Of a DNA stretch of 64,000 nt, positions 9,355 through 19,558 are shown in pieces (the first letter of the stretch is position 1; each line of letters begins with the position of its first letter). The notes under the pieces are model-generated. The model searched no databases and was not told the DNA's origin. It saw only the letters and a list, made by a program, of their open reading frames with translations. Both the position numbers and the translations under genes were made by a program. This stretch comes from a virus. The stretch lies in the IMG/VR virus record IMGVR_UViG_3300034520_000378. One strand, given 5' to 3'.

Positions 9355-11916
9355 TTACCTCCCAAGTCTCGGTCTTTTACCTAAGTTGAACAACCTGGTG
9401 CCTTTTACCTTCCCCTCATGGTGCAGGTCATAGTACCTCTTAAGCATGCCGATGAGCATATCGACAGCCTCGTAGCCGTTCACGTTCTTGGGCGATTCAA
9501 TGACCTGCGCCGAGCGGAACTTAACATAGTCTACCTTCATCCCGCTCAACTCCATCCGGTCTTCTTCCGATTCTGTATGAAATTCGAACAGAATGGTGTG
9601 GTTACCTTTGGGAAGGTCGGCTTCGGCTCGGGCCAGCGACGCGAGCAGATAGCTCTTGTCCTGACCGTCTACCGTCAGCTTTGCAGCTGCAGTGCCCGAT
9701 GCGTTAGTTATCGCCACCGTGAACTCAAATGTCGTCGGCAGTAGGTTGGCTATGTTTATCTCGAGCACCGCATCCTTGGCCTGTGTAGCGTACACCAGCT
9801 TATCCCTGTCAACCGCCCACCCGTCAGCACGAACTATATACGACCTATCGTCTTTCGGGATGCCATCCTCAAGGTTGAGCGACTGTTCGTGCGAGATCCA
9901 CGGTTCGTACTCCCGAACAAGGAAGTAGTTATTGGTCGACACTATCACATACTCGCTGTACCAGCGTACCATCCTGAATGCTCTCTGGTACTCTTCCCTT
10001 TTGTAATCAAACTGCCTCAATTTGTTATATAACCTGTCTATGGCAACACGGACTGCCTCACCAGGCGGCAGCTTTTCGTAGCTAAATGTATTCTCCTTGA
10101 GGTCCCTGTAAAGAAGCAGCATGACGTCCCTTAAGACCCATAGATGGACATTGACTATCTTAAGCCCCACGTCAGCATATTTACCAACAGGGTGTGAGGC
10201 GGGGAACTCTACCATAACTTCCGGTACGTCAGCGGGACTAAGCGGTTTGTACGGCTCCCCGGTCTTGGGGTCGTAAAGAAGCGCAGTGTCATACTTAAAG
10301 TCAACGGGCGGCAGCTGCAGCCTGTCCACCCGCTCGCTGTAGTCTCGAAACAACTCCTCCCACAGTGCATCCCATGAAAGGCCGCGCGGAACACATAAAA
10401 GCTCTGCACTCGACACCTCGCGCTCTAAACCCATGCCCTCACTTACAGCAGCATCATCGGGAGCGAGCTCGACCGGCTGTGCAGCACCCGCAGTACCCAC
10501 TTCTTTGTCCTGCTTAAGAACCGCTGTGCCATCAAGGACTTCACCTGCTAGTGCTCTTGTCTGCGCATCAACTGCTCCGTCGAGTTCAGCACCGCTGTGC
10601 GTCACAGTCTCAACAGGAGCGCTGTCAAGCATACTCCCGGGCAGCGCAATCGTCCGCGCATCAACCATTCCGTCAAGCTTGGCGCCATAATTGGCTGCAG
10701 TGTTGGTTTGAAAGCCGTCCAGGATTGTTCCGTTCAGCAGCATGCCCTGCGCACCAACTGCTTTGCCAAGTTCAGTGCCACTGTGTGTCGCAGCACCTGC
10801 AGAAACAATATCAAGACTGCTGCCTGCCCCTCTGAACAGCCTGGAAAGCGCAGTCGTGGACTGAAAAACGTCCACCACCTTGTGTAGCCTGGAAAATGGG
10901 ATGGATAAATGCATGCCATCCTGAGCAGAAACCTCGGTCAGTTTTCTTGCAGCAGGCGCACTATCAGTTAGCCTAACGCCACTGCGAGATACAGCACGCT
11001 CCAGTCCCTGCGCATATTTCTGTATGAGAGCGTTAGAAACACTCTTGCTGCCGGTCAGTACAGAAAACTTACCGCCCCTGGTCCGGTCTCTTTCACCATA
11101 ACCAGGAGTCAGCTTTGCTGTGCCGCGCACTGCGCCTCTGTCAGCCGAACTATGCTGGACTGCGAACGCGCCGCCAGCACCGCCTTCCATCGCTCCGGCA
11201 ACGCACTGGCGGAAAGCCGTCCTGCTGCCCAAATACCTGTATCCAGTAAGCTGACTAATCTCGGCTTCTCTCGCATAGTAGTACTGCGTGCTGACAGGTG
11301 TATGAATTTGGGTAATACCGCGCAGGTCTGTCACGGCGCCCTGCGGCATACAGCTGTGAGCCGCAGTGAACACATCTCTACTAGCCGACTGATGTGCATG
11401 GACATCGGCTTCTCTTGTGCTTGTCCTCTCCGTTTCTCCCTGGACTATAACCTCTGTGCCATTACGATTTTCGGTATGCGCTAGCTTATCACGGAACAGC
11501 TCAGCCTGCTCACCAATGGCCACGGTCCCGTGCGGCAGCTCATGCTTGTCTGCTGCTCTGGTTTCACCCCGCACCACAGCAGCCGCATCCAGCTCTCTCA
11601 CCTCTGTATGAACAGCCGGTTCCATCAGTACCTCGGATAAGGCACTAATACTTCCGGCGCTTTGTGGAGGCGCAGCCGTGTCCTCTCTATCATCCAAAAC
11701 ACGGGCCGGCTTTCCATTGGCATGCATGCTGAACGCTCGAAGCAAAACCGAGTCGGCGTCCTTTATAACAGCCGGAACCGGCGCGGGATGTTTACCGGAA
11801 TCAAATATGCTGTAGGGCAGATACCTTACAGGATACGCTCCAGATGTGTAAATAGGAGACACGGCGGTATAGGCCGCCATGTCTCCCTCAGTGCTGAAAC
11901 GCACGGTACAGTACAT
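9355..11916 (-). CDS. Large structural protein with low-complexity/31-aa repeat middle
   Basis: 853 aa; three imperfect repeats (THSGTELGKAV/NYGAKLDGMV/THSGAELDGAV) at ~10530-10800; C-terminal beta domain LPKGNHTI.FEF. Confidence 0.6.
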   Translation of the reverse strand: MYCTVRFSTEGDMAAYTAVSPIYTSGAYPVRYLPYSIFDSGKHPAPVPAVIKDADSVLLRAFSMHANGKPARVLDDREDTAAPPQSAGSISALSEVLMEPAVHTEVRELDAAAVVRGETRAADKHELPHGTVAIGEQAELFRDKLAHTENRNGTEVIVQGETERTSTREADVHAHQSASRDVFTAAHSCMPQGAVTDLRGITQIHTPVSTQYYYAREAEISQLTGYRYLGSRTAFRQCVAGAMEGGAGGAFAVQHSSADRGAVRGTAKLTPGYGERDRTRGGKFSVLTGSKSVSNALIQKYAQGLERAVSRSGVRLTDSAPAARKLTEVSAQDGMHLSIPFSRLHKVVDVFQSTTALSRLFRGAGSSLDIVSAGAATHSGTELGKAVGAQGMLLNGTILDGFQTNTAANYGAKLDGMVDARTIALPGSMLDSAPVETVTHSGAELDGAVDAQTRALAGEVLDGTAVLKQDKEVGTAGAAQPVELAPDDAAVSEGMGLEREVSSAELLCVPRGLSWDALWEELFRDYSERVDRLQLPPVDFKYDTALLYDPKTGEPYKPLSPADVPEVMVEFPASHPVGKYADVGLKIVNVHLWVLRDVMLLLYRDLKENTFSYEKLPPGEAVRVAIDRLYNKLRQFDYKREEYQRAFRMVRWYSEYVIVSTNNYFLVREYEPWISHEQSLNLEDGIPKDDRSYIVRADGWAVDRDKLVYATQAKDAVLEINIANLLPTTFEFTVAITNASGTAAAKLTVDGQDKSYLLASLARAEADLPKGNHTILFEFHTESEEDRMELSGMKVDYVKFRSAQVIESPKNVNGYEAVDMLIGMLKRYYDLHHEGKVKGTRLFNLGKRPRLGR

Positions 11917-11922
11917 ATCGCA

Positions 11923-14900
11923 TCACTGCTTCTTTATAGCAATGCCGTAGAAGCTGTTAGCGCTTGAGGATATGAAGCTGTACGGCGCGTTAATCGCGAA
12001 GAACTTATAAACCTCCTCATCAGGCTGACCTTTGTTTACAACCAGTTCGTCAATTGGCGCAAGGCTGGCGCCGTCAACCGCAACGACACCGTCCAATGTG
12101 CCGCGGTAACCATCGAACGGATGCACAACGCTTATGCAGCTGACGTACACCTTGCCTGTGAAGCTGGATGGATTGAAGCCAATCTTGGTCATAAACTCCT
12201 CGGGCGTATGGAAGGCTGCCCTGTGCTGCTGGTAATAAGCCCCGCCGCGGGTGCGGTACATGCTGATATCGGTCACGCCGGTGGCAGTAGCTGGACCAAA
12301 GCTGCTCGGATAGTTTATCTTTGTCACTACTCCGGTCTGTGGATCTCTTACTATCTGGTTGATAACATATCCGGTTGGCGACGGCGATTCGTTCTTGAGA
12401 TTAGTAATGCTGCCGTCATCGATAAATTCCGTGACAGCCACATCTTGCACATAAGCAAGGAGCTTGTACTTGGTGGTATCTTTTGCTGCAGAAGACAAAG
12501 CGCGTTTATCCCATCCTAAAAAGGCGCCCCAGTAATTTGTCTTTCTAGTTGCACTAACCTCGGTATAGCGGTATATCTTCCAGCCAACAATGTCGTCCCG
12601 CTGCGGCAGTGTAACGGAAATCTTAACGCTGTAGTTAGTTCTTTTCTCTGGCGTGACAGTTGATTCAAACGTGTCTACATACACCATTTCGCTCGGGGGC
12701 GATTCGCCACTGTCAGTTACGAAGGTGATCATGTAGCAGTAATAAGTTGGATTACTGGAAGAGAAATTACCACTGCCAGGCATAAGCTGTGCGGAGACGA
12801 TTGTTTTTTCTGTCGGGGGATTTATCCTGTTTGCCGGCACAGTCGCAGAGGTTGTGGTAAGAGCAAAATTACCAAACGTATCATTGATCCCGCCTTCATA
12901 CGGCTTAATCCTTCCAATATAGGCAAAGCCAATAATGTAGTTCATGTAATCTACTCCCGGCTCACCCATGAGAACCATTACCAGCCTGTCATTGGTCACA
13001 CTCATCCAGTAACGTATAGCCACTTCCGTCATAGAAGACGGCAAGTTGACAGGCTTTAAATAACCACCCCTGCTGATCTGAATCGTGTTTCCACTAGTGC
13101 CACCGGAAATGTCATAAACAACAGGCACTTCTTCCCAGTCGCGCAGCCAGGACAGTTTGCTCCACGGCGACACGTGGGCGCCTTCGCTTACCAACATACC
13201 AGACGAATCATACACATTAGCAGCCGGTTTTTCAGCTACCGCATCCCATTTGTCAAACATCCTTACCTCGATGTAATGGTGGTTGGCGCCTGTTGGTTGG
13301 AACACGCCGTTCGCATCTCTGTAATATGTGGTACAGGTCTCCGGATTGATAATCTTGCTGGAGCGGTAGAACTCAACATACATCGTGAGCGATGTCATGT
13401 TGAGCCTTTCGTCGCTGTAGAGGTTCTGCAGCTTCTGCTCGTCTGTCAGCTCTACTGGCGTTGTGGTCGTTTTGAGCACAAGCCTGTCTTTTATCGCAGC
13501 AATAGCCTCTTCAATACCGTTTGTGTAGTAGCTGTAGTCTATTGTCGCCTGGTCCAAAACGTCCACCGGCTGGTTAAACACAACTGTACCGTCCTCATAG
13601 ATTACCTTATACTCACTTGTATCGACGGCTTGACCGTTGATGTAAACAGTCAGCGTATGCTCCGCGGATATTGGCTTGTTTGCAGTCTTGAACAGCTGGT
13701 TGTTAACCGGCACCAGCTCTTCATTCAGGATATCCTCAACAGATGCATAGTACGTGTAGTCTGCGGTTATATAATCCATCCGCGGGCAGAAGACAAACGA
13801 TGCTGTAATCACGGCAGACGTATCCTGGATGGTATTGAATACTATATTACCGTTTGTGGTATCAAGCGTGTATTCGCCCTGCGACACCGTCTGCCCGTTC
13901 CTCTTAACAACAAGGTTCTGCGACAGAACGTTTTTAACACCGGTCGAATAGACGATGTAGTTGGTGGTGGTCAGCCGGACATCCTGCAATGACACAACCG
14001 CTTCATAGTAGTAGTAATCAACGGTTATGGCATATGGCGTGCCGTAGTAGGAGTAGTCAACGGTTATGACAGCAGATGGGTCCTGAGCAGTGTTAAACAC
14101 TATGCGGTTGTTGTTTGTGTCAACGGTGTATTCCGATGCATCTACAGGCTGTGAATTGCGGTACACCACTACAGTGCCGGGTACTATCGGACTCCCAGCA
14201 ACGGTGTATATCTTGTTGTCCTGTGTCGAAGTAACCTCCTGTGTAACGCTTATAACCCTGCGCTGAATGTTGTTAAATGTGATCGTGCCGTTTATCCTGT
14301 CAACTGTGTACTCGGTTGGCGCCACAACATTACCATCCCTGTACACAACAATCGCATCTTCGAACGTGATAGGCTTGTGGGATACCGAATACACTCTGTA
14401 GTCAGTGGTACCGGGCGCTTCGCCCAATACGAAGGATACATTGCTCTGCACGGTGTCAAACGTAATTGTGCCGTTTGCAAGGCCTACGGCATACTCTGAT
14501 GGTGAAACATAAGTGCCGTTCCTGTACACTTTCAAAAGGTCAGCCGAGACAAGGGCGCCGTTCTGTGTACTGAAGTTGACACCGTCCGTCGACTTCAAAA
14601 CCTCGCCCGTTACCGCTGTGGCATTTGAGTAGCATGTATAGTCCGCAGTTATCACGTAGGGCTCGGACAGGTACTCGTAGCTTGCGGTTATGGCCGCATT
14701 CTCGTCCTGATAGAGACGGAACGTTACCTTGCCGTTCTTGGTCTCAAGCACGTACTCCACCGGGTCAACTTCCGCACCGTTCCTGAACACTTTAAGCGTG
14801 CTCGCCACGATCTCCGTATGACCGAGGTCGTACGTCCTATAATCGGTCGTCTGAAGGGAGACGTTCTCTACCGCCGCCCTCATCCTCTGCGGCTCTTTAA

Positions 14901-15213
14901 AGAGTATCGTGCCGTTTTGGTAGTCAACAGTGTATTCCGTCGAGCTGACAAGGCTGCCGTTGCGGAATACACGCACCACTCTGTTAGGCACGATGGGCTT
15001 TCTTGAAGTGTTGTAAAGCAGGTAGTTCTTGGATTCGAGCACTTCCTGCAGCACACGCCTTATTGACCTGTACTTCTGCGGAGATGGATATATCAGTTCC
15101 CAGTTCTTGCCCGGTATAAGCTCGCCTGCCGCATCTTTGAAGACCGTACAGGCGTTTCTTGCAATAGTCTTCAGTATCTCGTTGGACGATGTAAAACCCT
15201 CAATCCATGCCAT
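11923..15213 (-). CDS. Large virion protein with about 7 tandem beta-sandwich repeats (fibre/decoration)
   Basis: 1096 aa; repeated VYRNG..V...EY.VD..NG.I.F...Q..ITADY.Y; FN3-like GESPPS motif near the C-terminus. Confidence 0.7.
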   Translation of the reverse strand: MAWIEGFTSSNEILKTIARNACTVFKDAAGELIPGKNWELIYPSPQKYRSIRRVLQEVLESKNYLLYNTSRKPIVPNRVVRVFRNGSLVSSTEYTVDYQNGTILFKEPQRMRAAVENVSLQTTDYRTYDLGHTEIVASTLKVFRNGAEVDPVEYVLETKNGKVTFRLYQDENAAITASYEYLSEPYVITADYTCYSNATAVTGEVLKSTDGVNFSTQNGALVSADLLKVYRNGTYVSPSEYAVGLANGTITFDTVQSNVSFVLGEAPGTTDYRVYSVSHKPITFEDAIVVYRDGNVVAPTEYTVDRINGTITFNNIQRRVISVTQEVTSTQDNKIYTVAGSPIVPGTVVVYRNSQPVDASEYTVDTNNNRIVFNTAQDPSAVITVDYSYYGTPYAITVDYYYYEAVVSLQDVRLTTTNYIVYSTGVKNVLSQNLVVKRNGQTVSQGEYTLDTTNGNIVFNTIQDTSAVITASFVFCPRMDYITADYTYYASVEDILNEELVPVNNQLFKTANKPISAEHTLTVYINGQAVDTSEYKVIYEDGTVVFNQPVDVLDQATIDYSYYTNGIEEAIAAIKDRLVLKTTTTPVELTDEQKLQNLYSDERLNMTSLTMYVEFYRSSKIINPETCTTYYRDANGVFQPTGANHHYIEVRMFDKWDAVAEKPAANVYDSSGMLVSEGAHVSPWSKLSWLRDWEEVPVVYDISGGTSGNTIQISRGGYLKPVNLPSSMTEVAIRYWMSVTNDRLVMVLMGEPGVDYMNYIIGFAYIGRIKPYEGGINDTFGNFALTTTSATVPANRINPPTEKTIVSAQLMPGSGNFSSSNPTYYCYMITFVTDSGESPPSEMVYVDTFESTVTPEKRTNYSVKISVTLPQRDDIVGWKIYRYTEVSATRKTNYWGAFLGWDKRALSSAAKDTTKYKLLAYVQDVAVTEFIDDGSITNLKNESPSPTGYVINQIVRDPQTGVVTKINYPSSFGPATATGVTDISMYRTRGGAYYQQHRAAFHTPEEFMTKIGFNPSSFTGKVYVSCISVVHPFDGYRGTLDGVVAVDGASLAPIDELVVNKGQPDEEVYKFFAINAPYSFISSSANSFYGIAIKKQ

Positions 15214-15267
15214 ATCAAAACTGCGGCCTGGGGACCCGCCGCCTTTAGGGGGCGGGAGGAAAGACCG

Positions 15268-16296
15268 CTAAACTACCTCCTTTCCAGAAATATACTGAGA
15301 CCGCCAGGAAACAGAGGTTAATACCCGGCAATCCTCGGGTTTCACAGTTCGTGTGACCCTCTTCCCTGTTTTGATGTCGTGCAGGCTCAGTCGACCGTTT
15401 AAGTGGCCGCCAACGTAGCAGAGGCCCCACCGCAGGTGCTTCACCAGTGTGCCGCGCTTGAGCCCCAGGCTACGAGTACCGCCGTAAGGCCTCCTGATTC
15501 CACCCTCCTCCGGCTCCAGGCGGTGCAGCTGGCGGCGGTGGAACCGCAATGGAACCAGGTAGTAGAGCCCGATGTGGTCGGGGTGTTCGGCGCCCGACAC
15601 GGAGGCCGCCAACACCCAGGCGTCCACGCAGTGGGAGAAGAAACTCTTCTTTCTTTTGTCGCCGTTCTTCTTGAGGCCGAACGCTTCCCGGAGCTGTTTC
15701 GTCTCGTGACCCTGCCTCAGAACGGGCTCGAACCCCAGCTCTCCCAGCTTCCGGTAGAAGCATTCCTTCCCCACCTGGACAGGGGAAAAGCTCCTGTTCC
15801 AGCGGCGGCTCCCCTTCTTCATCTCTGCCTTGACGTCCTCCACCACAATGTGGGAGATGGGAAGTATCCTGAGTAAGTCCCGGATTATCCTCAGCTTCGC
15901 CTCCCACCTCGCCCGGGTTGACGGGGGAAGGGTGTTACGCCCACGCAACCTCTCGGGCTTCGTAACCCGGCGACGGGTCTTGCGGTAACGCCTGGCGCGG
16001 CGCATCCGCCTCCTCTGCTCCACGGCCTTTTTCACGTGGGTTACGGCTTCCGACATGATGTTCAGAACGGTATGCTTTGTGCCCACTACGGAAGTACCCT
16101 CGAACTTGCTGCCCGGGTCCTGGCCAAGTGCAAGGATTTGATTTGCAGGCTCCACTTCGTAGGTGAGTTGGATGTAGAATATGCCCAGCTTGCTCCGCTT
16201 TGGAAGCGCTTTACCCCGCTTCAGGAACAACCTCGCCTTGGCCGGATGGCAGGGCATGAGGGGCCTTCCACCGGCGTCGACGACGGGAATGCGCAT
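15268..16296 (-). CDS. isrB: IsrB RNA-guided nickase
   Basis: 342 aa; PLMP motif, RuvC-I GQDPG, Arg-rich bridge helix RRMRRARR, RuvC-II VVEDV, RuvC-III SHCVDA; no HNH or CxxC. Confidence 0.85.
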   Translation of the reverse strand: MRIPVVDAGGRPLMPCHPAKARLFLKRGKALPKRSKLGIFYIQLTYEVEPANQILALGQDPGSKFEGTSVVGTKHTVLNIMSEAVTHVKKAVEQRRRMRRARRYRKTRRRVTKPERLRGRNTLPPSTRARWEAKLRIIRDLLRILPISHIVVEDVKAEMKKGSRRWNRSFSPVQVGKECFYRKLGELGFEPVLRQGHETKQLREAFGLKKNGDKRKKSFFSHCVDAWVLAASVSGAEHPDHIGLYYLVPLRFHRRQLHRLEPEEGGIRRPYGGTRSLGLKRGTLVKHLRWGLCYVGGHLNGRLSLHDIKTGKRVTRTVKPEDCRVLTSVSWRSQYISGKEVV

Positions 16297-16299
16297 CTC

Positions 16300-16602
16300 A
16301 ATTTCCTCCTTTTCCCGCTTGTACGGGAGAGCTATTCGCTCGGCTCCGGGTCAAAGCCCGGGTGAAATTCCCCTTCGGCAATGCCCGACAGGCATAGCGC
16401 GGTTTTAAACCACGCGCGGCATTCAGCGGTTCTGCCGGAAGGGACCGGACTAGGGGGGCATCCGGGCTTCCTTCGTAGCCCACCGGGCGTAGGGCTAACT
16501 GAGGAAGGAAGTCCTTCCGTCTTGTTGCCCTGAGCCTAGTGCACGGGTTACCCTCGGGCCCGCCAACCCAAGCCCTACGCCTGAAGGCGTAGGGTCCGTG
16601 AC
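16300..16602 (-). ncRNA. omegaRNA scaffold
   Basis: ~300-nt structured non-coding region starting GTCA immediately 5' of isrB; contains CCGGATGCCCCCTAGTCCGG and CATTGCCGAAGGG segments typical of omegaRNAs. Confidence 0.75.
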
Positions 16603-17045
16603 TAAGTAGTCCCTCCTGCAATGGCGAAATTCATGTCTATCCACGCCACCTTGGATGTGCCGCTGGCGTTGTTGAACACAAACCTGAGCACATCGCCAGC
16701 CTTAAGCTTGACAGCACCAAAGCTCTTAACCTGTGCCACCTCTTTGCAGTATATCGTCTCACAGACAACTTCACCGTTGATGTAGAACGACCAGTAATCA
16801 ACGTCCATGTATCCCGTACAGCCTACTTCTATGGACAGCAGCTCGGCATCCTGCGGCAGCGTGTATTCAATGGGGTACTCTCCAGGTGCAGCAGGCATTT
16901 CTACTCTAAACCCTTTAATGAAAGGCTTTTGGTATGTTGCAAACAGATGTGGAGGCAGGACAACCTGAACAGGGGCCCCTATGCCGTCTATCTTTCTTAC
17001 CCTGTCTATAAGCCCACCAACAGAGTAGTTTACATTAAAGCTCAA
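16602..17045 (-). CDS. Hypothetical structural protein
   Basis: 147-aa beta-rich ORF in operon; its stop codon is completed by the element's first base. Confidence 0.6.
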   Translation of the reverse strand: MSFNVNYSVGGLIDRVRKIDGIGAPVQVVLPPHLFATYQKPFIKGFRVEMPAAPGEYPIEYTLPQDAELLSIEVGCTGYMDVDYWSFYINGEVVCETIYCKEVAQVKSFGAVKLKAGDVLRFVFNNASGTSKVAWIDMNFAIAGGTT

Positions 17046-17968
17046 CTGCCTCCCTCCTCTTTAGCGCGGATACGGACAATGCATCCGCCGTCCGTCTGCT
17101 CAATGACATAATCCACTTTGACAATGCCGTGGTCATCTCCGGGCATCCCGGTAACGCTCTTGCCTATTAGCCGTATGCCGAGTATGTCGCTCTCGGTTAG
17201 ATATAGCGGCAAGAACACGGCTATCTCGTTCGCTGTAGGATCAACAGCAGTAAGTTCAGATTCAAACAGAAGATGGGGTTCGTTGTTGGGTGGGGATGAT
17301 GTCTCCTCTTCTTCTGTCACGTACTGCTGCCCCACTGAAAATACGTAGACCGCCGACCATAAGCCAGTATTCCCGCTGGCATCAAGCGCTCGCACACGCC
17401 AGAAATAGTTGCCGTCATCCAAAGTAACGGCCGGCACCACACTTGTCTCCACCGTTGTGGTGCTCCACAGCAGCGGGTCCATCTCCGGTACAGCAGCCAG
17501 CTGTACCTCGTACAGCGCCGCACCACTGACGGATGCCCAGCTGAACTGGACAGTACCTGTAACAGCGGTCATGTTGACGGGAGACAGCAGCCTGGGCGCC
17601 TCAAGCAGAGCTGCAGCAGTGGTGGTAAAAGAAAACACGTGCATGCCTGCCATTGGGTAGCCCAGAATGGACTTGACACCATCCTGTCTGCCGTCATCAA
17701 GATCGGCATCGCCAACAACTATAACATTGTATGTAGTAGCGCCCTCTAACGGGGCGTTAGGTTTAAATACAGCTTTGCGGTCTGCATATGTTATAGCCCC
17801 GACAACCTTCTCCCCACCTGAAGCCTTTTGGACAATGATGTTGCCCACCAGGCTCTGGGGATCCATATCAGTGCTGAAAACAATAGTTATGTCCGTGGAG
17901 ACAGGGACGTCCACGGACATATTCGCTGGATTCGTACTGACAACGAAAGGCATGAAGACGTAACTCAT
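17042..17968 (-). CDS. Ig-like (Big_5-type) + FN3 domain virion protein
   Basis: STNP...DVPVSTDITIVFS.DMD..L..P..PL....Y.V; FSW..V.GA..YEVQ..YFWRVRA. Confidence 0.75.
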   Translation of the reverse strand: MSYVFMPFVVSTNPANMSVDVPVSTDITIVFSTDMDPQSLVGNIIVQKASGGEKVVGAITYADRKAVFKPNAPLEGATTYNVIVVGDADLDDGRQDGVKSILGYPMAGMHVFSFTTTAAALLEAPRLLSPVNMTAVTGTVQFSWASVSGAALYEVQLAAVPEMDPLLWSTTTVETSVVPAVTLDDGNYFWRVRALDASGNTGLWSAVYVFSVGQQYVTEEEETSSPPNNEPHLLFESELTAVDPTANEIAVFLPLYLTESDILGIRLIGKSVTGMPGDDHGIVKVDYVIEQTDGGCIVRIRAKEEGGS

Positions 17969-17974
17969 GGAAGA

Positions 17975-18367
17975 TTACCGCCTCTTTTTACGAACAGGCT
18001 TCTTATCCTCCCCAGTCTCAACAGGCTCTACTACCTCTTCCTCTGCAGCAGACTCCTGCACATCCACCACGTCCTGCTCGGCCGCTGGGGTCTCCTCTTT
18101 CTGTTTGATTTCTTCAGCAGGAGTGGCCGCCTGCTCAACGACAGCTTCTTTTCCCTGGGGTTGCGCCTGTCCATTTTCATCAGCAAAAACAGTACCGTTT
18201 ACGTCAATCAATTCTCCGTACCGCACCGCCCGCTTGATATTGGTCAGGTCTGCGCCAAACGGCAGCTCACCAACCACCTTCTGCGGATATGTTAGGAATA
18301 ACCCCGAGACGGGGTCGCGGAAGTACACCCGCCTCGGGGCTAGCTTCAAAATATGCTTATCAGCCAT
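17975..18367 (-). CDS. Hypothetical protein with acidic tail
   Basis: 130 aa immediately after the capsid gene. Confidence 0.6.
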   Translation of the reverse strand: MADKHILKLAPRRVYFRDPVSGLFLTYPQKVVGELPFGADLTNIKRAVRYGELIDVNGTVFADENGQAQPQGKEAVVEQAATPAEEIKQKEETPAAEQDVVDVQESAAEEEVVEPVETGEDKKPVRKKRR

Positions 18368-18384
18368 TCTGGCTCACCCTAACC

Positions 18385-19488
18385 TTATACTGTCTTAATA
18401 CGGGGCGGTTCGGGCCAGCTGGCATCAAGCGTAATGTTCTTAGCAACGGCTATAGCACGTCCCTTGTGCAGTATTCCAATACCATACCTCTCAGTGAGCT
18501 TGATGTCCCTTATGTCGCGGGCAGGATTGTCAAACTCCTGAGTCCTTATATCCTCTCTTACGAGCAGAATACCGACGTTGTCCCTGTCTACACAGTACAT
18601 GTCAAACTTCTTGGCTTCTTTGTCGAATGGCACGAATGGCGACAGCAGCACTTCAAGCCCGAATGGTATCCTACCCTGTATGCTCTCGGGCCCTATCTCA
18701 AACTTCTGCGGCATCTCAGGGCTGCCGAAATACCATTTAGCACCGAAGGTCAAGAGCCCAGCAATCTCAGACTTGGCAAACGCAGACCATGTGAGCGGAT
18801 GCATTATAATGGTCGTCGGAGTAAACTCGTTTGCCATAACAGCGAGTATCAGATCCAGGAAGTCCTCCAGGGACATCGTTCCGTTCGGATTGCCGTCCTT
18901 GCCGAGGCCGGTGGTGTGTGCTTCGGGATACTGCTCTGCGGGGAGGCTGTTGTCGAAGACAGTCCAGCCATGCTTGCTGAATTCCCTGAATATCTTCTGC
19001 TCCTTGTGCCGTGCGAGAGCTCTTCCAGCCTCTTCAAGCATCATAGCCACGATATCCCACATGCTGTCCTCGATGAGCTCTCTGGTTACCTGCACCCTTA
19101 CGCCGGCCTTCCCGATGCGGACCTCGAGAGTGCCTTCGTAGGTCTGCACATCTACAGACTCGGCAGGGATTTCTTGCCCTTCGGCCACATCATACGCTCT
19201 GATAGGCCCAATTGCAGGGAATACATATACCTGACCGGAATTCTTGGTCCTCACGGTTTTGAGAAGCTTCTTGCCCAGGTATATAGGCTCGGCCGCCCTG
19301 CGTACAGCTCCAATTATGACCTTGGGGAGCAGAATTTGCGCAGAGGGCAATGCGGTAAACTCCTGGATAGTGGGCACGTCGCTTACCGCTTCGCCCCTCA
19401 TCGCAGCATTAACTCTCTCTATCAAATCAACCTCTTCCTGAGTGAGTGTGTAATTCTCAATGTCTTCCATGAATCTCCTGTTCATCAC
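18385..19488 (-). CDS. Major capsid protein (HK97 fold)
   Basis: 367 aa; VAEGQEIP, KAGVRVQVTRELIEDS.WD, GRALAR, IIMHP..W, ERYG; follows protease and decoration genes. Confidence 0.85.
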   Translation of the reverse strand: MMNRRFMEDIENYTLTQEEVDLIERVNAAMRGEAVSDVPTIQEFTALPSAQILLPKVIIGAVRRAAEPIYLGKKLLKTVRTKNSGQVYVFPAIGPIRAYDVAEGQEIPAESVDVQTYEGTLEVRIGKAGVRVQVTRELIEDSMWDIVAMMLEEAGRALARHKEQKIFREFSKHGWTVFDNSLPAEQYPEAHTTGLGKDGNPNGTMSLEDFLDLILAVMANEFTPTTIIMHPLTWSAFAKSEIAGLLTFGAKWYFGSPEMPQKFEIGPESIQGRIPFGLEVLLSPFVPFDKEAKKFDMYCVDRDNVGILLVREDIRTQEFDNPARDIRDIKLTERYGIGILHKGRAIAVAKNITLDASWPEPPRIKTV

Positions 19489-19558
19489 TGCCCGGCATTT
19501 GCTGTATCAAAACAGCTATGCCACTTCCTCCTTTCCTCGTTCTGGTCTCATGCTTGGT

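Larger units (their letters stand above)
15214..16602 (-). mobile_element. Non-autonomous IS200/IS605-superfamily OMEGA element (omegaRNA + isrB, no tnpA)
   Basis: Higher GC block; subterminal hairpins CCCTACGCCTTCAGGCGTAGGG (omegaRNA end) and CCCGCCCCCTAAAGGCGGCGGG (other end); right boundary uncertain by 2-3 nt. Confidence 0.85.

Noticed and set aside
15268-16296. IscB/Cas9-like nuclease, or a TldR-type repressor for the flagellin
   Set aside because: No HNH domain; PLMP and intact RuvC residues indicate IsrB, and its predicted guide is its own flank, not a flagellin sequence.
15214-16602. IStron that would splice out and restore the RBS
   Set aside because: No group I P/Q/R/S elements recognisable in the element, unlike the two real introns.
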